Below, piece after piece: positions 50,466 through 63,305 of a stretch of 64,000 nucleotides of DNA. The notes beneath the pieces are model-generated. The model was not told the origin of the DNA and did no database searches. It saw only the letters and a program-made list of their open reading frames with translations. Positions within the stretch are counted from its first letter, which is position 1, and each line of letters begins with the position of its first letter. This stretch comes from Adineta vaga (taxonomy: Eukaryota > Animalia > Rotifera), in assembly GCA_021613535.1 (NCBI GenBank), contig CP075497.1, positions 12,772,001 to 12,836,000 of the forward strand. The letters are read 5' to 3'. The translations under genes and the position numbers were made by a program.

Positions 50466-50783
50466 ATGGATAAAGCATTACCAATCTTAGGAATATGGAT
50501 TCCATCTGATGATGGTGATTATTATATACGATCGACTCAATTTATTTCTAATAAACCAGGTTATCAATTTAAACCTGATGGTCAATTCATTCAACGACAG
50601 AATGTTGGTTGGTGTGGAACACCACCGATTACTTATGGTAACTATGAGGGTCGATGGAAAGTATTCGATAAAACAACATTAACTGTTAATGGTAGTAATT
50701 GGCGTGAAAATTATACTAAAAACTTAAAATATCAATTTCTAACTGACGATGACAATAAAGTTAAATTTCAATGGCTCGATTAG
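50466..50783 (+). CDS. 105-aa protein with GWCGTPPITY motif, resembling Bacteroidetes hypothetical proteins
   Basis: ATG at 50466 after a probable 5'UTR intron (gtaagt near 50386). The family resemblance is from memory and was not searched. Confidence 0.65.
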   Translation: MDKALPILGIWIPSDDGDYYIRSTQFISNKPGYQFKPDGQFIQRQNVGWCGTPPITYGNYEGRWKVFDKTTLTVNGSNWRENYTKNLKYQFLTDDDNKVKFQWLD

Positions 50784-50912
50784 CGTCATGGCTGTCATTA
50801 CAAAATTACTCACGAACAATGAGAAGAAGAAAATTTTTGAAAAACTTCATGCTTATCATATACGTATCATTTTTTCGACTTTTCTGATTATTTTGGTTAT
50901 TATTACGAAAGT

Positions 50913-50973
50913 TGTGGGATGAGTGTGGGATTGATGTGTGAATATGATACCCTCATCCACACCCTCACCCTCA
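50913..50973. repeat. Inverted telomere-like hexamer motif
   Basis: TGTGGGA TGAGTG TGGGATTGA..-A CCCTCA TCCACA CCCTCA CCCTCA. Confidence 0.85.
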
Positions 50974-51422
50974 TGCGTCCTTTATTGTGTTTTTTTTCTC
51001 GGTTATATAAACACTGGTATCAAACTTGAAAGTTGAATTTAGGTAGACAGTGATTATCCGATATCCCAACACCAAATGTAAATGAAAATGGATTCACTTC
51101 CAGAAAATAAGAATGAAATAACAGAGCCGTATAGTAAAATGACCAGTGTATGTCGTTTGAGATAAAAATGAGCACATAAAGATAATTCCACTGAACGGAA
51201 ATATTGATATGTTTCGATTGAATAAACAACGTGATATTGTATCAGAGGAGGATAGAGACGTTTCTTTCGTACAATCGATAGCAAATGTACTTTTTATCAA
51301 TGACATTTATATATTTTTCATCGTAAAAGTTCTTCCTAATTTTATTACTTAATTTTTCATAATAACAATAACAACTAAAATTTCTTTCTGACAAATATGT
51401 TTCTATTAGATTTATAAACTTT

Positions 51423-52460
51423 TTAATCAAATATTATTGCAACCTTTTGGATCTGATTAGTTCCTTGATCAGCAACATAAAGATTACCTTCTATATCAAA
51501 TGCTAAACCTCTTGGACTTTTGAGTTTATTAAATAGATATACTTGATCATTACCACCAACAATTATTTCACCTTCTTTTCTTTCTTCACACCAACGCATT
51601 ATTCGATTATTATCAGAATCTGCAACATAAATTTGACCAAAATCATTAACAATCAATCCATTCGGACGAGATAATTGATGAAGTCCATTACCTTCACCGT
51701 TACCACCAGCAACAAGAATACCTTCTTTTTCAACAATTTTCCATCTTCTTACTTCGTTTTTCATGCAATCAGAAATATAAATAAATCCATCTTTATCAAT
51801 AGCTAAACCATAACAATTGATATTTTCAATAAGAATTTGTGAATGTGACTATTCTTGATAAAAACATTGACATATTCGTTTATTTCCAAAATCAGCAATA
51901 ATACAAGACGAATTCTTTTTATTTAAAATCATATCTGTTGGAGAATCTAATTGATTAATTCGATATCTTTTTCCATTTCTACCAGCAATGATTTCTCCAT
52001 TGTTTGTATTATATTTCCATTGAATAAAACGATAATTTTCAGTATCCATTATATAAATAGTTTGATTTTCATCAACACAAACTGCTATAGGACTATTTAA
52101 TCTATTCAAGTCATGCCCTTGAATCAATCCATCAGCTATGGTAACTCCATATTGTTTTTCATCTGTTATATTTTAATTCTATAACAATGAACAAAAAAAA
52201 ACAAATATCGATTTTGATGAAAAAGACAAAACAGATACTTATTGATGATGATCTAATAGAAATTTGATTAATAAATGATTGTGGTTGTTTTTCAATAACA
52301 ATTTTTGAAGAATCAGAAAATTCTTCTCTAATTTGTTTTAATTTTTTCTTTAAAAAATTTCAATTCTTTTCATTAAATTCATTTTCTTGACGAATAATTT
52401 TTATTTGTTCAATTAATTGATAAAATTCATCTTTAATCTTATCAGAGAATATATCTGTAT
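51423..52460 (-). pseudogene. NHL-repeat protein with in-frame TAG at 51849-51851
   Basis: LNSPIAVCVD..IYIMD, VAGGNGEGNGLHQLSRPNGLIVN..IYVADSDNNRI. ORFs 51849-52127 and 51423-51764 share a frame. Confidence 0.8.
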
Positions 52461-52817
52461 ATTAAATGAATCTTTTCTATTGATTCTTTTTCTTTTTAAT
52501 ATTGAAAAATATTTTGAAATTAAAAGTTTTTATTAGAGTTATTTTCCGTTAGTATATACTATAGAAAGATGTCATTAACTGTTGAATGTATGATAAAATC
52601 AGACAAATCTTTCTAATTAGATATTAACATGGATAAGATAGTGTACGTATAAAAACAAATTTAATATGTTTTTTTATTCGTTAATACATTTATCAAATAG
52701 TATTATACTTTTATCCTTTTCTTTCTGTCGTTTATCTCATTTCACTAAATTAAAAATGTCTCTAAAAATCGAAAATTAAAATCAATTTCAGAAACCAAGA
52801 GGTTTGGTTGGTAGCCC

Positions 52818-52893
52818 TGATGTGGAATGTATATGTGATTGAGAGTTAAGATAATTATCTTTTCTCCCCGATTACTTTCATTCACACCGTCAA
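52818..52893. repeat. Inverted telomere-like hexamer motif (degenerate)
   Basis: tgatgtggaatgtatatgtgattgagag-spacer-ctccccgattactttcaTTCACACCGTCAA. Confidence 0.6.
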
Positions 52894-53013
52894 GATGTTA
52901 TCGTTTACTAGCGACAATGAATATAGATGAATTCTTATGATTCGTTCATATAATCTGAACAAATTCATTATATTTTATTTCGTTAAATTAAATGTTATAT
53001 TCGATTAATAGAT

Positions 53014-54542
53014 ATGAATAAAAAGAATGAGTCTTCAACAATGTTTGAACAATTGACTGTCGAACTTATTCGTTCAATATTTGAATATTTATCTCCACTT
53101 GATTTAGTCAATGCATTTAAAGAATTGAATAGTCGATTTTCTTCAATTATTCGTAGAATTACTCAACAAGAATTGTCTCCCAAATTTGGTTAATCTACGA
53201 ATCACATTTCCTCAGTAAGTATCGAAGAAAAAAGAACTTGAAATTTCTAAAGTATTGCGACGTTCTTTAGTCGAAATTCGAGTGACAATATTTCAACAAT
53301 GCAATCTAATCAAATTCCATTGAATAAAACTTGTGTACCTAAATTACGTCGGATCACAAGATTGAACTACGAGCAAATGTTCAATGGAAACTAAATTATT
53401 GCGGAAAAATCTATTGTTGTGATCAGCTAGAAGAATTTATTGTCGAAGGTTATCTCAGATTTAATGAAAATGCTGATCTACCACGAGCAAATGTTCTACA
53501 ACAATGGTTGATGATGTCTAAATTGAAAAAATGCAATGTTCGATTTGATTTCAGAATTTTTTGTTACAATCAAATTGAACAAAATTTCGATGATTTGTTG
53601 AGTAATTATGAGAAAATATTTGGACAAAATTCAGTTTATCAAAAGAAATACATTCTTATTCATTATCCGAATAGTATGAAAACAATTCCTATTAGTAATG
53701 ACGAAGATGTGAATGATTTAATTGATGAAGTAAGAAGAAAAATCGAATTATATTCTAATCTGAAAACGAATAAATATTTTATTTTTAGTTAGAAATCGAT
53801 GAATCTGATTATTTGAAAGATAAATGGATAGAAACTGTACAAAATATCTATACATGGTTTAATCTTCGAAAAATATCGATTCTTGGCGATTGTACAACAG
53901 ATGAGTAAGTTTAATATTATCTGGATATGGGAACTGTTAAATCTTCTACATTTGTTCAAACAAAATAGATGATGTCCATAATTTGTTATGTGGAAGAAAA
54001 ATAGAGAATTTTGTGATAATTCTTTTTATTATAGAAATGCCATCTGTCGAAATCTTTCTACTTTACTTCATGTTGTACAACGAGCAACACATTTCAGTGA
54101 ACTTGAAGTACAAGCAACGCTTGCATTTGGTCTTGTTTTATCATCCAACATTGAACTATGTCGTTATCTTGCTGATCATCTTGAAGTTCTACGTTTTTGT
54201 GGTGAAGGTAGAACATGTTCTTTTCTTCAATTAGTTGAAATCGTTGATAAAATTTATTCTCATTCATCATCTTTATCATTTCCATTAAAAAAATTGACAA
54301 TCTTCGTCGATGCTGATCCATCACCATGGTTTACAATTAATCATTTTCAAAAAGGACTTCAATTAGTTTTTGATCGTTTTCCATCACTTATTCATTTCAC
54401 ATTATATTGTTCACGATCAGAACGATTTAATAATACTCTTTATGATTTAAATCAATTGTTATCTGAGTGGTATTCAGGAATGAATTATGGGAAATCATGG
54501 AGTTGGAGATCTAAATCAAATTCATTCGATCTTTGGCTCTAA
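53014..54542 (+). pseudogene. F-box (LRR-like) gene, decayed
   Basis: MFEQLTVELIRSIFEYLSPLDLVNAFKELNSRF F-box at about 53041; stop at about 53191; fragmented downstream exons ending FPSLIHF..FDLWL. Confidence 0.6.
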
Positions 54543-54925
54543 ATCAATTATTTATTTACTAACTTATCCAAGGACATATTTGACACTCTTCTCTCGATGA
54601 TTAATATTATTTCTATGTTTAATAAAAATCTTTTTTAAAAACATCATCTTTCGATTAATTTTCTATAGAATATTTCATATATGAACAATGATATTCCATC
54701 TGTTAAACTCAATTATTAGGGAAGAAAATTCGTTCCATAATATTTCATTATGTTCCCTTTTTTTAAAAATAAAACAGTGCATTGTTCTTGATCTCAAATC
54801 GACGAAGGAGGAGGCAGAGGGTCAGCCAAATTTGGAAGACAGAAGAACATATGTTTCGTATTCCAAATCTTTTGTGGATGATTCAAATACAGATTTATCT
54901 ATGTTTAGCAATTTGTAATACAACT

Positions 54926-55900
54926 ATGGTCTTGAGCAAGCTTTTTCTCGAATGCGGCAAGATGTTACGATCATTAACAGATATTGTTAAATCAATCGAT
55001 CTTGGAACTCAATTGAATAATTTTGCTGATCGGCTTGATGGTAAAGCAGATGCTTCTGTACCATTTGGTATTAAGAAATTTTTTGGATCAGATTAACATA
55101 TACATCGTCGTGCTAATTGGATTGCTTCTATTAAACTTTAATCTCCACGAATATATCCATCGAAATGCGTTTTAGGTCAAAATTTGAATTATGAACAATG
55201 GTATAACTGTAGAACACGATATTCCAATTGTAAATTGAAAAAATATAGTAGTTATTGTTATTATAGTATTAGTGATAATCAATATGGTTTAATTATTATG
55301 GATACATTAAAACATAATCTAAGTACTCAAGGATCACGGCAATTTTATGGTATGATGGAATTATTGCTTTATTTACTAATATAATATTGAGTGCATCAAC
55401 AACACCATGGACAACATTAGCCAGTCGATTATTACCGGCTTTCTCAATTCAACTATTATTACACAAAAACGATGGTAAGTATTCATTTTCATATTATATG
55501 AAAATCAAATATGGATTATTTATTACAACAACAACAACAACACAATTATCACTCACTGGGAGTACAATGAGGAAATAGAACAGGAGATTATTTTACTATC
55601 AGTTCTTTCAAAGAACAAATCACAGCATGAATAATCATCTTGTATATCAATCAATGGTCGTGGAAAGAAGGACAAATATTTGCTTGTATATCGACAATTG
55701 ACAACTCGCATGGGATAATGTGATCAGCATTGAAACGAACAATGTTCGTCTCATGGATAATAATCATTTAACAACATTTTCACGAAAAAGCTCGACATTT
55801 AACTTGAGTAAGACATTTGCATTTGCTACGAATTATTTATTCAATGAAACTGAAAGAGATTTTACCTTAACTACAAACGATGTACATGATAATAAAAAAT
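54926..55900 (+). pseudogene. Decayed coding sequence of unknown family
   Basis: ORFs 54782-55096 and 55184-55384 share a frame and are separated only by isolated stops; coding-like composition. Confidence 0.35.
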
Positions 55901-56654
55901 TCTTTTAAATTTCTTTCAGCTATAGAAATTCCACTATGCGTTTTTCTTAGATATGTAATGCCAGAGTTATGAGTTAAAGATAATAGCTCTTCGATGATAA
56001 TCCTTACAAGTGTAGTCATGTAAAGAAAGTTTAAGTATTTTAATAGAACTCGATGATTTCGACATAGATGAAATATCAAACAACTACTCTGACATATTTC
56101 TTAGCTGTACGTATAGATCTATGAGATTTTTGATCATCAGGCTATTGGTTCAAGTGAATATTATTTATTGCACATCATAAGCAGCTCTAATAGATATGAC
56201 TGTTTTGCATCATTAATCCTTCGATTAACTTCATAGTATCTTGTAATCGTCTCTTTATTCCATAAAGCAATTTGAACTCTAAATGACATAATACATGATA
56301 GAATTCCGTCGATTTATTATGCGATAAAAAAAATGAAATACGAAAAATAAATTTGTGATGTATATCACAAAGAAACCTTTGATAATGATTTTAAGATAAC
56401 AAAATATTCGAATCAACTCCTTTCTTTCCTTTATATTATTCATAATCGTACTTTTTTCTCATTAATATCAAATTATCACAACCATTTTTCCTTTCTATTC
56501 AAAATATAAATCTTTTTCGATCATTCTACAATTTTCTTCTTTCATTCTTTCAATAAACATTATTTCTTTACATTTTTCTCTCATTTATCATGTTCTTTTA
56601 TAAGAGAAAACGCTTAATTCAATATTATTTCCATTCAATCTTTGTCCAAAACTC

Positions 56655-56975
56655 ATGAAATCTTTATTTCTTCTCAGTATCTTTCTGATATTTTTTGTTG
56701 AATGTACGAATAGTACTCGATGTGTATGTAAATGTTGTACATCAAGTAATTGTGATGCATCAACATATGCTGGATCAACAACTCAATCATTCGATTTGAC
56801 TGTTCTTTGTAATGATGTAACATGTAATCGTGCTTCATGCTCAACAAATTTTCTTGGTACTTGCCCAATTATTGGTGCTGCTGGTGATGTCGATTCAACA
56901 TGTGATGCAACGAGATTAACGAAATTTAGCATGGTTATGATTATTGGAATCGTTATGGTTCGATTAATCACATAA
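56655..56975 (+). CDS. Small Cys-rich secreted, probably GPI-anchored protein
   Basis: Signal peptide, CVCKCC..C..C..C..C..C..C, hydrophobic C-terminal tail. Confidence 0.75.
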   Translation: MKSLFLLSIFLIFFVECTNSTRCVCKCCTSSNCDASTYAGSTTQSFDLTVLCNDVTCNRASCSTNFLGTCPIIGAAGDVDSTCDATRLTKFSMVMIIGIVMVRLIT

Positions 56976-57197
56976 AAAATATAACTTTGAAGACTTTATT
57001 TTGAATTCTTTTTCTCACCAAGTTTCTAATTATTTTTCATTTACGTTATATATTTATCGGAGTTGACTCTAAAATGAATAATCGTAAACTTTTTATGCAC
57101 TAATAAATAAGGAATGTTTTGTAACTGGCGGATAGTCTTTGTTTTAATTTAACACAGTATTATTTGTTATCTATCGATTCATCATCATATTTGATAA

Positions 57198-58979
57198 TGA
57201 AGGAAGCTTTTTATGAAAAATTGGAAGTTTTTTTGAATGATTTGGATGCTAAACGACAAGCAAAGTACTTGATAAAAACTGAAACATATGAAAAAATTCT
57301 TCAAGTACTTACAACTGAAGCAAAACTCGATGCTCAATTCAAGTTTTGGGCTAAAAAAACGTTTCTTTGTTGTTAAAACTAATGGTCAGTTTATCGTACA
57401 TTCAATCAACGAGAAATTACCCGTGGTAAAATATGAAGATCTATTTGAAACTGTTCATGAATGTCATTTATCGGTTGGGCATATGGGACATGACAAAACA
57501 TGGCATGAAGTAGATAATCCTTCATTTGTTTTTTTTAAATGTGTATTTGAAATTAAGGTTAAACGACGATATGCTCAAATACCACTTGAATTAATTAAAT
57601 TATATATTAGTTTATGTGATGAATGTACATCAAGAAAAACCTTTCCTAAAGCAATTATTGGAAAACCAATAATATCTATTGGTTTTATGATTCGATTACA
57701 AATGGATCTCATTGATATGAGAAGTACTGAATTCGATAATTATAAATGGATATTTCATGGCAAAGATCATTTCTCGAAGTATTCGTGGTTATTCCCAATG
57801 GTATCTAAAGAAGCAATTAATGTTGCAAATATATCAAAGTCAATCTTCTATCAATTTGGTCCACCAAGAATTCTTCAGTCAGACAACGGCCGTGAGTTTA
57901 CGGCCAAAATTATTACAGATTTAGCAAAAATCTGGCCAGGTTTAATGATAATTAACGGACGTCCACAACACCCTCAATCCCAAGGGCTGGTGGAACGGGG
58001 AAATTCCGTTGTTCAACAAATACTTGGCAAGTGGTTAAGCGCAAACAATTCGTCAGATTGGCCGTCTGCACTTGGTTCAGTGATGCTAGCAATTAATACT
58101 AGCATAGCAAAAAGTATCAACAAAACTCCTTTTGAAGTTGTATTTGGCCAAGCGCCACGTGCAGACAATGATACATGGAAATCCATTTTTACTCAAGAAC
58201 AAGGTAATACTAATGAAATTATTTTAGAAGAAAACTTACCTGATGAAATTGCAAATACAATTAAAGAAACTGACGATGGTAGTTATGAATTAATTGCTAG
58301 TGAAAGTAATGGTTATAATGATTCATCAAATACAAATAAAGAAATAATTAATGTTGAACATCAAACTATGGATCAATGCTGTAATAATGTAGATCAAGAA
58401 GTTGCTGTTGATCATGAAGAATGTGTTGGTGGAAATGGGTCAATCATTGATGGTGCTGATTTAAATCTCCAGTTGAAGCCGAATGATCGGCATCGACGTG
58501 TTAGAGAAGAAGCTGAAGAATCATACCTCAAAAATGCACAATCGCAATTAGTTAAATTTAAAATGAATTTAGCTAAACGACAATGAACATATGTTATTGG
58601 TGATATTGTTGGTTTAAAAGTTTCAGACGTTGATCGTACAAACACTTCATCTACAGTTTTACCTTGTAAAATAGTTGACAAATCTTCCCATGATAATCAA
58701 ATATTGTATACAGTTGCTACCGTAAATGGTATTATAAAAGAACGGTTTGATCAAATGTCATTTTTAGATCTTACCACATCCAACTTTGCATCATTACGTT
58801 CTCTTAGTACTGATCAATTACCAACAATTAGTTTTATTGCAGCTAGTAAAGTTTATACGAATTTTAAATCACTAGAAACTTGCAAGTATTTGGGCAATTG
58901 TAGCACGAATCGGTGTTATTGCAAGAAGAATAATCGAAAATGCTGTACGAAATGTCACAGCGATAATCATTCAAAATGA
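57198..58979 (+). mobile_element. Ginger/SCAND3-KRBA2-like integrase-type DNA transposase, pseudogenised
   Basis: HHCC finger (H..GH..CDEC), DDE (QMDLID, SDNGREF, GLVERGN), C-terminal Cys cluster. 48-nt in-frame intron 57510-57557, frameshift near 57365, in-frame TGA at 58584-58586. Confidence 0.85.
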
Positions 58980-59618
58980 AAATAAATACCTAACACAGCA
59001 ATAAACCATTTTAATGTTTCCACTTCGAACTATAAAAATGAGTATGATCTTTTCTTCTTCTTCATTTTATATTCATTTCTATATAATTACTCTATGTAAA
59101 TACAATTATTAAATAGAACGATTGACATTTATGAGAAAATTTATATGAAAGACTCATGTTGATACCAGTGTGAATCTATTCTTGACATTTGATAGCTCCT
59201 ATTTTTCATAAATGACTGTACGTCTAAAATACTATAATTAATCATAAAACAACAAATGAGTTAGTTGTGTATGACGACGAAAAAAAGATGATTTTACGAA
59301 CAATTCAATATTAATGAACTATGGCATGAATGAAGAAGTTTTTCCTGAGTAATTGTCGAAAAATTTCAATTATATCAAACATTGATTCCTCTTGAGTCAA
59401 CGAACATACATAAATAGAGAGTATACTCACTGCCAACACAGAAATATCCATATGAAGAGGTAATTGGCGACGTACGCATAAACAGTCTTTAAATTAAAGT
59501 ACTACCAGTTTGGTTTTTGGATTCAGTCCTACCACAGTAGTTAGACGGATTAACTTATCTCATCGGAATCTAATTTCAGTGTCGCTCACTCGTGCACACC
59601 AGTACTCTCGGGATACCA

Positions 59619-59882
59619 AGTCCGTGGAAGCAAAACAGAAGCAATGCTGCTTAACTCAAACCCGCTGAGTGCACGGGCGTCTTGAAAATGCATAAAAAAG
59701 AAAACGAAGCACTAGTATCCTATCGTTGAGCAAAGGCACACAAGGTCGGCGACAAAAAGAAAACAGACGGACACAGAGTCCGTGGAAGCAAAACAGAAGC
59801 AATGCTGCTAAACTCAAACCCGCTGAGTGCACGGGCGTCTTGAAAATGCATAAAAAAGAAAACGAAGCACTAGTATCCTATC
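59619..59882. repeat. 106-bp direct repeat (59619-59724, 59777-59882)
   Basis: One mismatch between the copies; each contains the small hairpin cccg-N9-cggg and a ctag near its 3' end. Confidence 0.9.
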
Positions 59883-62403
59883 TTTGAAAAAACAGATATC
59901 ACGTTGTGTGCGTTGTATCGGAACGATCCGTAGGGAAAATTGATAGCTTTGAGTGAAAAATCTTTGATGATGGCTGTTGTAGCTGGCTGTGTTTTGTGTG
60001 TTTAATCATGGGTTCATGCATGTCTTTTCTAGTGTTGGTTATCCTTCAAAGCATCGTTTGTTTTTTTTTGTAAAATACGCAGCGTTCTGTGATCGTTCGT
60101 TTTCATTTTGTTGTAGTTTGTTTTGGTATAAGATACATGAAAGATTCACTTCAATGCACACAGTTATAATTATGAAGTAAGGTTTGCAGATTGATGTGAA
60201 GAAAAATGCGTAGAGTGGACGAGAATAAGAAAGAACATGCTCGAAAGGTATATCTATGGGAATAAACGAATCGTTAGGAAGAAGAAGAAAGAAGCTTGAT
60301 GATGAGTTAGAAATGTATTCGAAACTGTGCACTATCAAAGAATGATTTTAGTCCGCTTCGTTCTCGTCATGCATCCTCTTTGCATAAATATTGATTTCAT
60401 GAAGCATGAGAAGGGTTTAAACTAAGGTGAGCATTCACCATAAGTATACAAATGTGACTTTCTATCGTAAACAACCAGTAAACGTTGATGATTGGTTACA
60501 TATGATTTTTATGTAAGACCACTTAACAAAGTTAATAAAAAATATTGCAGTTCAAGAAAAGAGATTTGAGAACTAGTATTTCGTATTATGTACTATTCAT
60601 TGAATAAGAGGGTTACTTGAAATTTATATCATTTAATGCATATAAATTCTTGTTGTATCTTGTTATTCAAATATGCATTGTCCCTAGTCAAGTAAATAAT
60701 TTAAGCTTGAACGCAGAAAGACACCTGTTCCACCGAGTTGTTTTACCGAAACTTTCTTTCTTTACTTGATCATCTCAACCGAAATGCACACCTTCTAAGA
60801 GAAGCAATTTTGTAGAACAATGTTTGGCTAAACGTGTCTTCAAAACTAGTGGACCTTACTTAAACAAATTAAAATATACAATTTTGTCAAAACATCTCGA
60901 GACAACTAACTTGCAACAAAGTGGGACCTTAAGAAACGGAAGTTGGAAGAAATATTGCTAAAATAAAGTAAGAGTGCATTTCATCCATAAAAACTAAAAT
61001 GGTACTTTTACAAAATTGTTCATCTTGAATCTTTTTCAAATGTCTCGCTGTCAATGACACATTCTATTTAAATAGATGAAAACCATACCATTTGATAGAG
61101 TGTCTCAAGATGAATCATTTGAAATAATGCAAAGGCTTAACAGACAGGTATTGAGAGAAATGTCATCAAAATACGGAGAGGCTCATTTATTCTGGAACAC
61201 CCGTTATCACAGCCCAATAGAAAGCTATTACAGAATCATGGGTGCATATCGGCAGGAAAAAAACAAATCTGCAGCTAATGTTTCCTTTGTAAACAGGACT
61301 CTATGACATTTGAATTCAGAATGAATTGAAAATGAAAAAAGGAATAATATTTTTCACACAACCCTAGATATATGAATTGAAACAAACCAAAGATTTTTAT
61401 TCAGCAAAGACAGTCTATCTTATATGCACCTGATGCTACTAACAATTTTTAGCATTCTCTCTCATGATTTTAATCCTCTCATCAGACACTGACAAAACAT
61501 ACTTGCATTACTACCAAAATTGAGTTAACATAATCATTTATTAATATACGAAAAGATCGATGTACATAAGCGTATAATTTCATACACCCTTAATCTTGCA
61601 GAGGTCGGATCTATGGATCTTTGAGTTTTTATTTGTTATACAGTATAGATACTATAAAAACCTGTTAAAATCCAAAGATACGAAGACCCGGTCTGTTCAC
61701 AGTTAGGGATACATGCAAGCGTACATATATGCATGTTTTTGTATGTATATATTTATATACATATACATATGTACAAATTATTATGAAAACCCATTGACCC
61801 ATGATTTCAGTTTGAAATGAATTCGTTTTTTTCCTGTAAGTCAGAAAGAATTCAAATAGACCATTGTATGAGTTCCGGGTAGTGACTATTATTGTCCTGT
61901 TTTGGAAATCGTACTTCTGGTATCAAAGTACTAAATATTTAAAGTGGATGCAATACAGACTCCATTTTATCTCAATTCATACGGTCATCCTCATGTCCTA
62001 GTATATGAACGTACCCTTATATGAATGGATTGGAAAATACTTTTTGAATATCTTTGAAAACAACTATGTCTATAGTTCGGTTCATTTGAACGGAGTCCAT
62101 GAGCCTGAGCCTGTCTGCCGCTAATATTGGTCAGAAAGAGCATTCAATTCTGCATCGCTTCGTTAAAGAACCATTATTTCTTCGATGCAGGTCGTTCCAT
62201 CGAGGATGCGATTTCTCTCTTCTAGAACCATTAATTGCTTTTAAATCAAACATTAATCAAGATTTTACGATGTATTTTCCATGCGGCCCGATTCGTATTC
62301 TGTATCATGCAGATATTAGAGATTTATTCCTTTTTAGAATTTATCTGTTTATTTATTTTCAAAATATGTAGAAATACATAAGCATACATCCTAATAATTA
62401 CAG

Positions 62404-62432
62404 TATATATATATATATATAGAGAGAGAGAG
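62404..62432. repeat. (TA)n(GA)n microsatellite
   Basis: Directly visible in the sequence. Confidence 0.9.
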
Positions 62433-62984
62433 ACCACAAAAAAATGATGTCACGAATTAAAGACAGTATAAGTGAAAGAAGTAATAGCTAAATCAAAGTA
62501 GAGAAAGAAGGAAAATGAGAAGATAGATGGTATGCGACAGGCGGCGCCTGTAATAATATCATATATTCGTTAAATAAAGTCCGTAGGTATTCTGTTGGTA
62601 TTGTTTACGATTGATAAAAAAATAATATATAAAAGTTATTGCTAAGTCAGATAATTTACATAAATTTATCTTGTAGCTTGTTCAGATAGCTCTGCTACCG
62701 GAAATAAGTGCGTTATCATAGTCATTTTTATAATCTTATTTTCAGTTTTAGGAACACGAATAGAGAAACATCGATGTTTAAAACTTATGTTAGTAGCGAA
62801 AATGATTATATAAAGATTAGAATAAGCGCGTGGATGATATAATATTCATAAAAATAGAGAAAAGAAATTAGAAATATATCGAATACTGACAGAAAAAAAT
62901 TGATTAAATATAAATAAGTAAAAGTTTGTAATTGATCAACAGTTTTTTTCTTTCATAAAATGTCTTTAACAAATGTTGTTTGCT

Positions 62985-63305
62985 TTATATACAACAACAG
63001 CGAGAACCAGTAGGATTATCACACGCATCAGGATCACCACTGCCATCACCACTGCCATCACCAGGACAATTACCACTCAGAATAACATCACCGCAAGTAC
63101 TACTGCTAATAGCACAATAATCATTACAACTCTTGCCACTGAGAGTGCATTTAGTTTTATCATCACAAGTGGCCAATTTTCCTGTTGTGGTAGTTGTGGT
63201 TGTGGTTGTGGTTGTGGTTGTGGTTGTGGTGGTGGTAGTAGTTGTGATTAGTGTTGCTGTTGTCAAGGTACTAGTTACGGGTGTAACAGTACTACTGGTC
63301 GTATC
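62985..63305 (-). CDS. 3' exon of a Thr-rich (mucin-like) protein with C-terminal Cys-rich domain
   Basis: Poly-Thr encoded by (acaacc)n, followed by CDDKTKC..C..C..C..C..C..CCCI; acceptor near 63305. Confidence 0.65.
   Translation of the reverse strand, partial: DTTSSTVTPVTSTLTTATLITTTTTTTTTTTTTTTTTTTTTGKLATCDDKTKCTLSGKSCNDYCAISSSTCGDVILSGNCPGDGSGDGSGDPDACDNPTGSRCCCI

Noticed and set aside
57120-60500. TGTAAC...GTTACA as termini of the Ginger-like element
   Set aside because: Only 6 bp match and there is no convincing TSD.
61583-61710. Weak inverted repeat, possibly an old MITE
   Set aside because: Only about 60-65% identity by eye; boundaries cannot be defined.
63190-63250. (GTTGTG)n tract resembling TGTGGG telomeric repeats
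   Set aside because: It encodes poly-Thr on the minus strand inside an exon, has a different unit and has no inverted partner.
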